This document shows positions 22,451-40,413 of a stretch of DNA of 64,000 nucleotides, in pieces. The stretch is from the human T2T-CHM13v2.0 reference genome, Homo sapiens, in the NCBI RefSeq assembly GCF_009914755.1, contig NC_060932.1. One strand, written 5' to 3'. The notes under the pieces were generated by a model. It had not been told where the DNA came from. It ran no database searches and was given only the letters and a program-made list of their open reading frames with translations. Positions within the stretch are counted from its first letter, which is position 1. Each line of letters opens with the position of its first letter. A program made the translations under genes and the position numbers.

Positions 22451-22994
22451 GCTTTCTCAGTGTTAAATTTTCTATTCTCCTGAACTTACTTTCTATAATT
22501 CATGTCTTTTTATCTTTAAGTGCTTCCATGTCACTAATGAGAGTTTTCCTCATGAGAAGAACAGATTTGTATTTTGCTATTCTGGGATAAACAAGACCAA
22601 TATATTTACATTTTTCTTACAGATGCACATCCTTATCTATTTGGAAACAATGAATGCTTTTTGCTATTCTCTTTCAAATTTAAAGATCAATTGAGTAAAA
22701 TATTAATATATGCAGATGTAATGTTGACTATAAAGTATTAGCTCCTGTCTCAATTGTGGTTTATTAGTCATGCTTGAATTTTGTGTTTATTGATTATAAA
22801 TATTTACTTTTATTTTGTCATAGATTTTGATTTCAAATGTAATTTTTGCAACATAAATGCCCATTCAAACTCTGTAATTTGGTCCTTATCCTTAATTTAT
22901 ACATTCTAATAAGCCGTAGCTTTGTCCCTGTGATTTTTTTTCTGTTTGTTTGCTTTCTTTTATTTTAATGAGTGATTTTTTCCAATTATCAAGA

Positions 22995-23082
22995 TTCTTT
23001 TCAACTTACCATCATATTTTTCTATAGGACCTGAAATTTTCTTTTCAATTTACCATTGTATTTCTCTATAGGACCTGAAATT
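22995..23082. repeat. Diverged 44-bp tandem duplication
   Basis: ttcttttcaa(c/t)ttaccat...tctataggacctgaaatt occurs twice, starting at 22995 and 23039. Confidence 0.9.
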
Positions 23083-23686
23083 TAACTAACTTAGATCAAT
23101 GAAATCATCAACTGGTTTTATTGGATTGATTAGTTGTACACAACAAATCTAATTTAGTTATTAAACTGGTCCTAATAACTAGACTCACTTCTTCATAACC
23201 TCATTATTTCAAATGTTTAAAATAAGCATCAAATCAACTGAACACTCAAAAGCCTATCCCAAAATATGCCCACAGATATAATTTCAAGTACTTTTTAAAT
23301 TCATTTCATTAGCTGTGAAGGTTTTAGAGATTTCTGTCTTTACCAAAAACACAGTTTTAAATATCGCCCTCATTTATTGCTCATGACTGTTGGTCACCAT
23401 CTTAGCCAAGTCTTTGAAAGTGGCTAGATGTCTCTGTCAGGCTTTTTTAGGCAATGGCAAGTGTCGTGTATAACAAAGAAGTTAAATATCTTTCCTGTAA
23501 GTTTTGATTACTTTACTTATCAAAAGCTCTGAGGATGAGGACTTCTCTAGCTTTGCAATGTAATTGGTGTAATATACAAATAATGTACTAACATTAGAGG
23601 CTGGAGATGTATAGACTGAACTTTGACTGAGTAATTTGGATTACTTTATTCCTTTCACTAGATTTTAGTTCTATGTGAGATCAATT

Positions 23687-23850
23687 AGTGATTCTCCATA
23701 ATGTGCATTAAGCATCACCTGAGGGAGCTAGTTTATAAATTTAGGTTTTCAGGTCCTATCCTGGAAAATTCAGTTTCAGCAGGTCTCAAAACATTTAAAC
23801 AAGCACCCCAGCTGGTTCGGATGCAACTGATATACATTTGGAGAAACTTG
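23687..23850. mobile_element. MER5-type hAT-Charlie MITE
   Basis: gcatcacctgagggagct...aaacaagcaccccagctggtt...gagaaact. Confidence 0.6.
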
Positions 23851-23993
23851 GACCAACTCTCTAAGCATTTTCTAGCTCTAAACATTTTGGCTTTAAAGTA
23901 AAGAAAATTAATAATTCAAAGATAGTGAATCTGCCATAGGCAGACCCATAAAGAACTGGTATTTTGGAGAAGTGTTAGTTATAACATACAGAA

Positions 23994-25020
23994 TGTGTAA
24001 GTCCATATTCTCAAAGAGGCCAGTGCCAAGATAAGGTTAAGCATACATTCAGTTTATTAGGAAAAATGCCTATGTGAGAAAAGATGGGATGGAGCAGAAT
24101 AATCTGGGAGAGTTGTCAGACTGCAATGCAGAGTCTGATCTCTAATGAAAGAGACAGGCATGGAAGGTGCAGTCTCAGGAAGGTTTGTCAAGGTCATCAG
24201 GAAGTTCTTGAGCCTGAGTTGGCTGTCAGAGGAGTCCTAGGTCTTCCAAGAACATTCCTGCTCTAGTATCTCTACCATAGTTAGTCACAGGTTAGAAGCA
24301 GTTCATAAGAAACATTTCCTTTGAACAAATATAAAGATGGATTTTTAGGGAGCAGGGGTTAAGGCCCTTGGTTAATTACATGTCTTCTATTTACAGATCT
24401 ATGAGGTGTGTTCTCACAGCTTCCACAGAGAGGCAAATCATTTTTAATATCAGCATCAGTTGCTGGGAAATTTAACAGATATTTAGACACTATCACATAA
24501 AAAATCCAGATTTTATCTTCACAAGATCAACAATCAATAAAAGATGAGAGTGATTCAAGAATAAAATAATTACCTTGCTCCCAAAATGTATTAGTTGTAA
24601 TGGGCTGTTATCCTATGACATGAACAACTGATATGATAGGATAACAGCTATTATCCTATAATATCCTATGAACAGCCCCCAAATCTCACTCGTTTAAAAC
24701 AACAAAGCCAGTATCTTGATCATACTACATCCTCTGTACAGATTGGAAGGGAGGCTCTGTTTTGGTGTTTGAAGAAGTCCAGCGGAGTGAGGCTTCACCT
24801 AGTTATAGATGCCATAATTATATAATATCCAATAATATGTTAGAGAAAGAGAAGACTAAAGATTCAAGTATAAATTTTTGACCCAGAAGTTATAGCTATA
24901 GCTTCCATTCACATTTTATTCCCTAGAATTAGTTACACGGTTATGCAGAAAATTGGAATCTTCATGTATCTAGAAGTTAAAGAGAATAGACACCGGTGAA
25001 TAGTGATGCTTACCAAAATA
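23994..25020. mobile_element. Old MLT1-type (ERVL-MaLR) LTR fragments
   Basis: LTR-like starts tgtgtaagtcc (23994) and tgtattagtt (24587), plus the motif aaatctcactcgtttaaaacaacaaag. Confidence 0.55.
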
Positions 25021-25499
25021 TGGCTTCTTGCCAACACTATCACTGGTATACAGTGGCTGACTACATCATCCCTAAGAGTCCTGGAACTCAGAAATCAAAT
25101 GTGGCTAAAATAAAACCTTGGTCCAGTGCTTTTTGTATTGTTTTGAAAGCAGTGAAGCATGGAGGACAGGGCTTAAACAGAAAGTCAAGAAATCTTTTAG
25201 AATAAAAATAGACTCTCTGAATTGCTGTGTGATTTTAGAATATATCTTTTATTTCTGAGCCCAACTTTTCTCATTTGAATAATGAAAGGATGGAATTGAC
25301 TATCCAAAAATATATTCCAAAATTCAGTTATTTCTGATAATAAAAGTAACATTAATAGCAATAGAAATACAACATCGTCTAGCATATGTAGAGTAAGCTG
25401 CTGAGGAAAGCTCTTCATTTCCACTCCACATGGAGAGTATTGGTTCTAACACTGAATTCTGGGGATCATCAATTTCTCTCAAGGTATTCATGATATTTT

Positions 25500-25795
25500 G
25501 TGAATAAAGGACTCTTTGGGATGCCTAGGGGAGCATGCCCAGCATGCCTAAGACACATGCACATGATCCTCGTCCTTTGAATAGATAATAATGAGACACA
25601 TTCTGCCCAGCTTCTCACAGAGTTCCAGCAGGATCAAGCTTAAAACATCACCAATTCACAAAACACCCTTGGATTTTCTCTACCCATCCCTGCCCTCACT
25701 CCAGTTTCCCTGGAACCACTCCCAAAATAAATTGCCTCCCTTCAAAAGTCCTTGCCTTGGTCAGTCATCCAAAGGGGAAACCCAGGCTAAGACAG
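25500..25795 (+). mobile_element. LTR16-like ERVL LTR 3' part
   Basis: tccctggaaccactcccaaaataaatt...ggggaaacccaggctaagaca. Confidence 0.55.
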
Positions 25796-27759
25796 CAGAG
25801 TAATCTCAGTCGAATTAGAGAATAGAGCATCAAAGATGGCAAGGGTCTTAAATGTTTTTAGGTACAACCATTATCCAGTGTATGGTTTCTCTGTCAATTC
25901 AGTTTCTACTTCTTGAAAGAACTCTTTATAGGGATATCTGGTCCTTCTATAGTGACTGCATATGTTAAACTAAGAAGCTGGTTTCATGAGAATATGGAGA
26001 GTTTAGCATAGTCAGGGAGTCTCCACTTAAGAACTGAGAAACTCCAAAGTTTTGAACTGATCCAGTTTTCTCTAGCTGTGGTGAAGGGACGTTGAAAAAA
26101 AGTACTAAAAGGGATCCAGATTACTGCAATTCTGCAATGCAGTTCTGTACTCTTCATGTGCTAATTTGATAACTAATAATGTACATTAATTAGAAAAAGA
26201 ATAATGTGCATCAGAAAAATAATAAGAACGAAAAGAATAAGATATTCCTAAAATATAGATGCCTCTATATTTAGTAAATAGAGAAATGTATACTAAATAT
26301 ATGCTACACGGTTTTTGTAAATATGTAAATAAATAATAGCTCCAATGTATAGCATACATGTACTTCATAGTGCTTCCTGAACAAGCAGGGACACTGTCAA
26401 ACACAGAAGCTCTGACTTTCTTCTTCCCTGTTCTCTCTGACCAATTGTCCTGAGACATATACTGGTTATCGGCTGCTGCTGGGCCAATACTTCAGGACAG
26501 CCTAACTGTGCTATCTTGAGTGCATCCAAGCTATGCTGAAGAACAGTAAGGAAAACTGATGAACATTCAGGTGGGTCACAAAGAGACATATCACCTGCAA
26601 AAGGCCGAGAAAGTGTAGGAAATCCGGCCCTGACTCCAAATGCATTAGCCCCTATTTAGATAGATGTGCATGAAATTTAATAAATGATTTTTGATCTATC
26701 TGGGGAGGCATTCTTTAACAATGCATTTATTTAATGAAGTGTGAATATGTTCTTAACAAATCAGACTATAATCAGCAGATTTAAAATTAATTGGATCTTG
26801 TTAGATGGTATATATCCTTCTTTAGCATCTGATTATAAAGCAAGGTATAAATGCTATATAATTCAATGCATAGTAAAATCTCTACATGAAACAAAGTTTC
26901 AAAATATGGTTCTAGCTTCAGGAGAAGATTGTATTAGCCTTTGTTATAGAGGGCTAGTATGCAATGACTTCTTATTGAAATAGGTGTATTTCATTTAAAA
27001 TATTGAGCAATTTTCCAGAGTTAGTTAAAACAGCACGCAATATCTGGACTGAAAAGAAGCTGTGGATTCCTCCAAATAAAGTTAAAGTTGTTTAAGGTTT
27101 ATCACATGTGAATTTGTCATGATACTGTCACATATAATAGCAACAATAATAACCCATACCCAAATAATATTTTGTTTCTTAAAATGATCTTTCCTGCTAT
27201 TTACCTTCCTACTTTCATTAAGATATGAGAATACTGAAGGGAAATGTGATTCAAATTCATTTACATTTTTAACTCAATGATACATGCTAATTAATTCAAT
27301 AACTAGGAAGCCAGCTTCTATGTGGCTGATAAATGCACATTTTTATGCATTTCTGCCTGACAACTCACACTGGTGCTTTTATGACCCGTTATCTCGGAGT
27401 AGTCCCCACATCTAAACAATGTAGATGTGAGCATAACATTAATTCTCAGACTGAAAGTAATTCATACTAGTAAATAAAATATACTTCAAAGTCAATTAAT
27501 AATGATATAATTATCCATACACAGTGTCCTCTAACAAGCATAGTTCTAAAACTCTATAACGTAGTAAAATCCACGAACAGTTTCAACCCTGCTGTTTTTG
27601 ATATTCAGCCCTCAACAATTTGTCCATCAGAGAGAGGTGAAAGGTGCCAGAAATTCTACAGATGCAGGATTGCCTTAAGTGTTAATTTAGGCACAGTTCA
27701 CTTGAGTCCCTTTTAATTGCAATAGCATTAAACTTCAAGTGTCTAGTACTTCATAGTTT

Positions 27760-27965
27760 TACTTCATACTCCATAGCTTTCACAGCCTTTCCACACATGA
27801 GAGTTATAAGCCCCGCAACTGTGCTGTGAAGTATTACTCTCTCATTATGCAAAGTAAGAAACAGTGGCTCAGAGAAGTGGTCAGAATCTCTGGGACAGAA
27901 CAATGGCAGAGTCAGAACTGGAGCTCATGGTTCTAATGCAAAATCCACTTCTCTTTCCTCTTCCC
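27760..27965 (-). mobile_element. MIR SINE
   Basis: Core: ctcattatgcaaagtaagaaacagtggctcagagaagtgg. Confidence 0.7.
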
Positions 27966-28789
27966 ATCCCATGCCAACTTAGAGCTTCTCACTGGCTTGA
28001 GTTCAGGCTTCACAACAACCTCTTCTTGCCAAGAGACAAACCATGTAGCATATTCATAACTGTCCTTGCATCTTGGCTTTTGTGTTTGTGAAGCAAGGTA
28101 TCACCCTTACTTCTGATCAGGTACTGAATGCTATGTTTCTTATGAAAAGTAATCTCCATAAGAACTCAAAAATATAATTGAGTTCCTGTGGAGCATAATT
28201 ATATTGTAGAAGCTTCTCTGAATATTTATCCCAAAGGAATATTAATGAGTAGCATAAGAATGTCTTTCAGCCATAGGCATAGTTTTCCATTGCTCCTTTG
28301 TGGATCAGTTTAGTGCTGAAAAGAACTGAAATGGAGTGAAAGGGAGATTCACAGACATGCAGGGAGTAAGTACTTGGACTTTTCATTTAATTTCATTGTG
28401 CAGTCATCAGACAGTAGCAAAATAAACACCTCCATCATTGTTTTCCAATAGTCACAATCTTTGGTTTATAATTGATAATCTAGAGATCAGTCTTGCTTGC
28501 AGGAAACTCACAGCTTGACCTATGACTAACTATCCTTTGCTTCAAAGAAGTACATTTTTCATAAGCAGCAAATTTTAAAATTGCATCTGCTAGATTCACC
28601 ATCACAAAGTCATACACACTCAGAGAATAAATAGTGAAAGTTGCTATGTCTGGGAGTAGGTACATTTTTAAACATAAGTTATGACACATAGCCATCGTTC
28701 CCATGTGATTCCAAGCTAGCCTCCTCAAAGCATGAAGAAGGTCTGCACCACTGACTTTGGTATTGTTTGTTTGTTTTTTTTTTTTTTCC

Positions 28790-29610
28790 ACTGTCTACCT
28801 GGAATGCCTTTCTTCTCACCTCTCTGCCTATCTATATCCTACCATTCCATCAACACCCTGATTAAATTTTATTTCTTCAATGCTACACTTCCAAGACTAC
28901 ATATTTAACCTTATTTTCAAAATTACATAATTTAAGGCTACTGAAATGCATTCTGGCACCTATGTATATTGTAAGCTGTGTACTTAGAACAGTGCCTAGC
29001 ACTCTTCTATGCATATCGTAGACACTCAATGAACACTCATTGAATTCTTTCAGATTCACAAAGAATTAATGAGCATGTGTAATTCTCAGTGTCTCTTTTG
29101 CTTGTGGTTAAATCTGAAGTAATAATAACTATTTGTTATTATTGCTTGACTAAGAGAAAACAAATACTTTGGGACCCAAGAGTTTTATAAAATATTTCTG
29201 CCAACAACAGGGAAACATTATTACAGAATATCTATGTGTAAGTTACTTTCCCCACCTCGAAAATATCCGTTTACTTTTCAAAGAGACCTCCCTAAGTCCT
29301 TGCTAAGGGAGTCCTCATGCCACTACTTAGCCCCTCCCCATCTCACATAGTACACACCCATGGACTCTTCCTCTTTGCAGAATGTAAAAGAATAAGGATG
29401 TTTTAATTGAAAACCTGGGGTTACTTCCTAGTCCCATCACCTGCTAGCTACATGAGCTTGAACAGCTTACTTGATAACTGATTCTCGATTTCATCACCTG
29501 TTAACTGGGGATAACAGAACCTCCTCTAATAGTCTTTGAGAATGAAATGAGATTGTGTATGTAAAGCATCTGGCCCAGTATCAGGCAAAGAGCAAATTTT
29601 AAAAGAATGT
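28790..29610 (+). mobile_element. L2 3' fragment (about 28790-29050) and MIR (about 29410-29610)
   Basis: tagaacagtgcctagcac...cactcaatgaacactcattgaat; tttcatcacctgttaactggggataac...gtaaagcatctggcccagt. Confidence 0.6.
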
Positions 29611-30439
29611 TGATATCTTGTTCCACTCTCACTTCTTCTCCCTTTACCTCTCACACCTTCTTTCCTGGGCTTTCTCTTCTTTTTATACAATTTAGATTAT
29701 TCTTGCTTTCTCTTCCGTCATGCAATGTCCCATTCAGGTATGGTATGTCCAGGAAGGGGAGAGGACAGGAAAGGTTAGAGAAAGCTCGCATAGGAGCACT
29801 GCCAGTGGCTGTTTTGCTCACATGCCAGCCTGGTCCAGGTTTCGTAAAAGCACAAAGAATGCTTTGCAAAAAGCCTACTGCTGGCAACAGCCACAAGGTT
29901 GAGGCTCTCAAGACTACTACATGAAAAAGAAATAATCTATATTTATCTCCTCCATCCTCCTAATAGTGGAATTCAAAAGCAATGAAGCCATTGTGAAGAT
30001 ATTAACTTTTTAGAACAGTTAGACACAAAGCTTCAACAATGATATCTAAAGGAAAAGAGAGAAAATACCCTTCCCAGAGGCAGAATGAGATATAAAAGAC
30101 TCAGAAAGTAGAGCAGAGATGAAAGCATCTATGATGCACAGTGGACAAATGTTCTGACATTCTATAAAAGGAACAAAATTAGAAGTTTAATGTGGCTTGA
30201 GATCTGATTCAGATATGCAGCTGAAGTCAAAATCTTAAATAGACACAGAAATCCAAGAAATCTAAAAGTGACTGAAACTCGTGATTTTGTATATAATCAT
30301 TTGTTTCTAGATTATTTGGGGGACATTAAGAAATACAGAAATAAATCACGAAATTGACATTAGGGATGAAGGGAAACTTCACACTACTCCATTTAATGTT
30401 TCTGAGTGACCCTAGAATTATTAATATATATTTTTTAAT

Positions 30440-30670
30440 ATTCACTGCATTTCAAGTGAATTATTTAAGCACTTTATATCTATTAATGTATGTATTCATA
30501 ACAATAGCCTTAAGAAGCATATACTCTTATTTTTTTCTTATTTTATTGGTTAGGAAACTGAAGCTTAGAGAGTATACTTAACTTTCCCAGGGTCACACAT
30601 GCAGTAAATGGTGAGGCTGAAATTTAAACTCAGACATGTAATTGGATACAAAATATTAGAACTCATAAAC
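30440..30670 (-). mobile_element. MIR SINE
   Basis: ttattttattggttaggaaactgaagcttagagag...ccagggtcacacatgcagtaaatggtg. Confidence 0.75.
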
Positions 30671-31489
30671 AAATTCAGCTTTTATTTTGTTCTTGACTCT
30701 TCTTCATCTTCCATTTGAGCATGGGTTGAAATCCTGTTATGTATCAGTCAATATTTTGCTTTTCTATTTCTTTGTCTATCTGGGATTTTTTAAAAAACAT
30801 ATTATTTATCTCCTTTGTAAAGATCTGTGGCATTGTATTATTCATTTGTGTGTCTGTCTGTACCATGAGGTTGGGAACACCATCGGTAGCTTATATGTAT
30901 TTTGCTCTAAAATGCTTATTGAGTGAATGTATGATCACACTAACTAGATGATATTTCTACATGACTAATCCTATTTAAAATGAAAGTTACACTCACATTT
31001 AAAGTTGCCATAGTTGCAGCAATTATTTTAAAAAACCCTATTTATATCTAGTCTCAGTCTTTCAAAGACAAGATCTAAGTCGAAGCCCTAGCACACGTCT
31101 GCATCTTTCTAATCCCTGCTAGGAATGGGCAGGTGATTTGCGTAGTGTAGGTTGAAAGAAAGCAATAGCAACACTTAGAGTGTCCCTGACATATATCGCC
31201 TGGGGGTCTGACATCATTGGCAGTGTTCTGGAGAGAACATACATCCACCTCCTACCACTCTTCAAAAGTTTGAGGGTTAGGGACTTGAGCATGGAGACAG
31301 AGTTGAAAAGATGACAGAAATGTTATGTTACACAATTTGGTTCCTCTAGGGACCAATCTTAAGCTGTGTCAAAGAAATATTGATAAGGTTAGAGAATGTG
31401 TGTGGTGAATTACAAATACTCCAAAATTATCATCACTTGAAGATCCTCGCACGACACAGTCCATGCTTCTGAAAATCACTATATGCACA

Positions 31490-32511
<1,022 letters not shown>

Positions 32512-35482
32512 TTTAAATAAACATTTCTAAAAGTAAAATACACAATTGCCAATAGAGTTGTCAGTATTGAGACTAGAAACCAAAGATACTGTCTCAGTTT
32601 TTAAAGCAAACATAATGGCATAGTATATCATAGAGGGGAAAAAAAACTCAATAAAAGAAAATAAAAGAATAAATATTGCAACAAACCCATTTTCCTTTAC
32701 ATTCAAATATTTTCAACCAGAAGCTGAATTTTACGTTTGAGTCCAGAAAATGTCCTTGACAGTATTGTGAAAAAATTGTAGGACACATGCATGCAATTGA
32801 GATAGCCATTTCTTTGACTCTAGAAGTTCTGACATAATAACTTAAAATTTGAGAGGAGCTCACAAAAAGAAGTGTGAAACCAAATTGTCTAGAGAAGCAT
32901 AAAAGCACTCCTCCTCTGCTTGAAAATTAGCTGGAGCTAATTTTGGTCTGCTCAATGCCAGTGTGTACAGTGGCAAGAAAATTAGCTCCATAGTTTTACT
33001 TTGCTTTTTGTTTTGTTTTTATTGTCTTTTCAAAATAAGTCTTTGGCCCCAGGTTAATAGGAAAAGCATTTTTCTAATTTAGGTGCAAGGAGGAGCTTAG
33101 CTGTTGGTACTCCTAAGTGAAAGTCAGCATTGAGTAAGAGCTCACACTCTGCTAGAAATTTAAGGCCTATTATATTTTAGCATTGATTTAAATACTTGTC
33201 ACCTTTCTGATGAGTTGTAATTATAGAAATTTTATGAAGGACTTGAGATGAAATTTCAAATAATTATATTATTTAATGTCTTAACAATGTATTTTTAAGC
33301 AAGAAATCCACAATGAACAGTTACATGAGAATAGAATGTTCTCATATTACATGGTCTTTAGCTCTCTATAACTCAGATTGGGAAGTAGAGATAACATGTT
33401 GTTAGACACTTTTCATGAAAGGCTTATCTCTTTAGGTTGAGTGGTAAAGCATTTTAATCAAAATATAAATTTGCAAATATATTTATAGTCCCTAGCCTTA
33501 GAATATTATTAAAATCCTATAATAAATATATTTTTAAAGTTGAATAAGAATGGAACTTGAATGAATCCAGTAACCAGGCAAATAAATCCTTATTTTTCTC
33601 ATCAGGGATGTGGAACTACATTTTCTCACACTTCTACAGGCTATATTAACCATTCAATATTCAACCTAATCATTTAATAATATCTTACATGTTTCAGCTA
33701 TTTCACTTGTTATCAGTTTAATTGAGGTTCTCCAATGACATCAAAGTCTCTTCTCTTTCAATTTCCACTGTGTAGGGAAGTGGGAACAGTGAAATATTAG
33801 ATATATTTCTAAATCTAACCAACCAATAAAGATTTTTTGGGAAAAAAAGTGATTGGGAGTTAAAAATTGAGGTTTTGTCATCTGAAACTTTAAAAAAATG
33901 TAGCTTGATCAATTAATATAAAATTACTCTGTAGCTTCTTTATAGTCACAAAATGCCAGACAGCCTCTGAAAAAAAGCAAAGGTATTCTTGAGCTTTTAT
34001 TATTTTAAATCAGTTATACATTCCTTGCAACTTTGAAATGTCACAAGTCAATATATTTGAGGACAAAATGTCTGAAACCTGATTTGTAGAGATCCTGCTA
34101 GTCAAGGATTCAACATCTATAGAAACCCACTGGCTATACAGAAAAATGAGAAGCAGAGTTTAATATTTTCATCTCCATTCTTAAAGCATAACACATTTGC
34201 CATGGGATACATGGTTAATTGTGAAATGTATCATACATATGAGTGTATAAGTACAATTTAAATAATATATAAACTACTGCTGCATACTTCCCATCCAGGT
34301 TAACTAATAGAACATCACTGGTAACAAAATGCCTCCTGCATATTCCTCCTTGATATGTTCTTCCTTCCCTTCACACTTAGCCACCATCCTGACTTTGTGT
34401 TAATCATTCCCCTATTTTCCTTTATAATCCTACCACTTATATATGTATCCATAAGCATTAAACTGTTTATTTTTGAAATAGTGAGTAGCAAGCTCAAATC
34501 TAACTGTGTAAGAAAAAGATAATATGGTCACTGTCATATCAGAAGGAAGCTTCAAGAACAAAAGGAAACTGTCCTGAGATTGTGAGTCTGGTTTCTGTTT
34601 CTCCAACAATTTACAGAAAACCATTTTGAGGAAGTCAGTGAGCAGTGAGCAAGGTCCCAAATGAATCCTAGAAACTCAGGGCTCACCTCAGTGGGAATCC
34701 GGCAGGGCTCAAGTATGGGCCAGGTTTGAGACATCAGGAAGGAATCTGTTTGGGGAGAACAAGCTGCTCTGTATTTTCTGTTTCTAAGCTCACCAGGGCC
34801 TATCTCTTAGGACAAGTTTAAATCACATTTCTGTGCAGTGATGTGAATGCCCAGCAGGTGGGGCAGCAAGACAAGGAGGGAAGAGTGGAAACTTCATAAA
34901 GACACGGTCAAAGGAAGCCCAGGATAGAGGAATCTTGGCTAGTCTCACCGGGCATTCTGCCTCAGGTTAAGAAGAAAGAACACAGAGGTGCTTTGTCTTG
35001 GTGATATGGGACCCTTCTGGTCCTCCATGTCCCATGTACACTTGGGATCCTGGGATCTCTCTTCCCCATAGCCCTGGGAATTATTTTTCCACTAAGTTTT
35101 GTATTGGGTATCCTGTTTTCCGTGTCATTTATATTCCTTTTTCTTGGTTTCTCTCTTAGTGGCACATACCCTTCATTAGTTTCTAGAGAAATTGTTGATA
35201 GGAACTTTTAATCAGATCTTGCATGTCTGAAAACTCCGAAGGCAACCTTCTTTTTTATTATTATTATACTTTAAGTTCTAGGCTACATGTGCACAATGTG
35301 CGGGTTTGTTACATATGTATACATGTGCCATGTTGATTTGCTGCACCCATTAACTTGTCATTTACATTAGGTATTTCTCCTAATGCTATCCCTCCCCCAT
35401 ACCCCCACCCCATGACCATTTTCACACACAGACCCTGGTGTGTAATGTTCCCTGCCCTGTGTCCAAGTGCTCTTCTAATTGT

Positions 35483-39331
<3,849 letters not shown>

Positions 39332-39394
39332 TATGATGTTAGCTGGTTATTTTGCCCGTTAGCTGATGCAGTTTCTTCCTAGCCTTGATGGTCT

Positions 39395-40413
39395 TTACAA
39401 TTTGGCATGTTTTTGCAGTGGCTGGTACCAGTTGTTCCTTTCCATGTTTAGTGCTTCCTTTAGGAGCTTTTGGAAGGCAGGCCTGGTGGTGACAAAATCT
39501 CTCAGCATTTGCTTCTCTGTAAAGTATTTTATTTCTCCTTCACTTATGAAGCTTAGTTTGGCTGGATATGAAATTCTGGATTGAAAATTCTTTTCTTTAA
39601 GAATGTTGAATATTGGCCCCCACTCTCTTCTGGCTTGTAGAGTTTCTGCTGAGGGATTCGCTGTTAGTCTGATGGGCTTCCCTTTGTGGGTAACCCAACC
39701 TTTCTCTCTGGCTGCCCTTAACATTTTTTCCTTCATTTCAACCTTGGTGAATCTGACAATTATGTGTCTTGGTGTTGCTCTTCTCGAGGAGTATCTTTGT
39801 GGTGTTCTCTGTATTTCCTGAATTTGAATGTTGGCCTGCCTTGCTAGGCTGGGGAAGTTCTCCTGGATAATATCCTGCAGAGTGTTTTCCAGCTTGATTC
39901 CATTATCCCCGTCACTTTCAGGTACACCAATCAAACATAGATTTGGTCTTTTCACATAGTCCCATATTTCTTGGAGGCTTTGTTCAATTCTTTTTTTTCT
40001 CTAAACTTCTCTTCTCGCCTAATTTCATTAATTTGATCTTCAATCACTGATACCCTTTCTTCCACTTTGATCGAATCAGCCACTGAGGCTTGCGCATGCA
40101 TCATGTAGTTCTCATGCCATGATTTTCAGCTCCATCAGGTCATTTAAGGTCTTCTCTACAATGTTTATTCTATTTACTCATTTGTCTAATTTTTTTCAAG
40201 GTTTTTAGCTTCCTTGCAATGGGTTCAAACATCCTCCGTTAGCTTGGAGAAGTTTGTTATTACCAAACTTCTGAAGCCTACTTCTGTCAACTCATCAACG
40301 TCATTCTCCATCCAGCTTTGTTCCATTGCTGGTGAGGAGCTGAGATCCTTTGGAGGAGAAGAGGTGCTCTGGTTTTTAGAATTTTCAGCTTTTTTGCTTT
40401 GGTTTCTCCCCAT
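39395..40413 (-). pseudogene. Disrupted L1 ORF1 (RNA-binding p40)
   Basis: N-terminus MGRNQSKKAENSKNQS has a premature stop at 40225; the C-terminal fragment retains RRATPRHIIVRF and YPAKLS. Confidence 0.95.
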
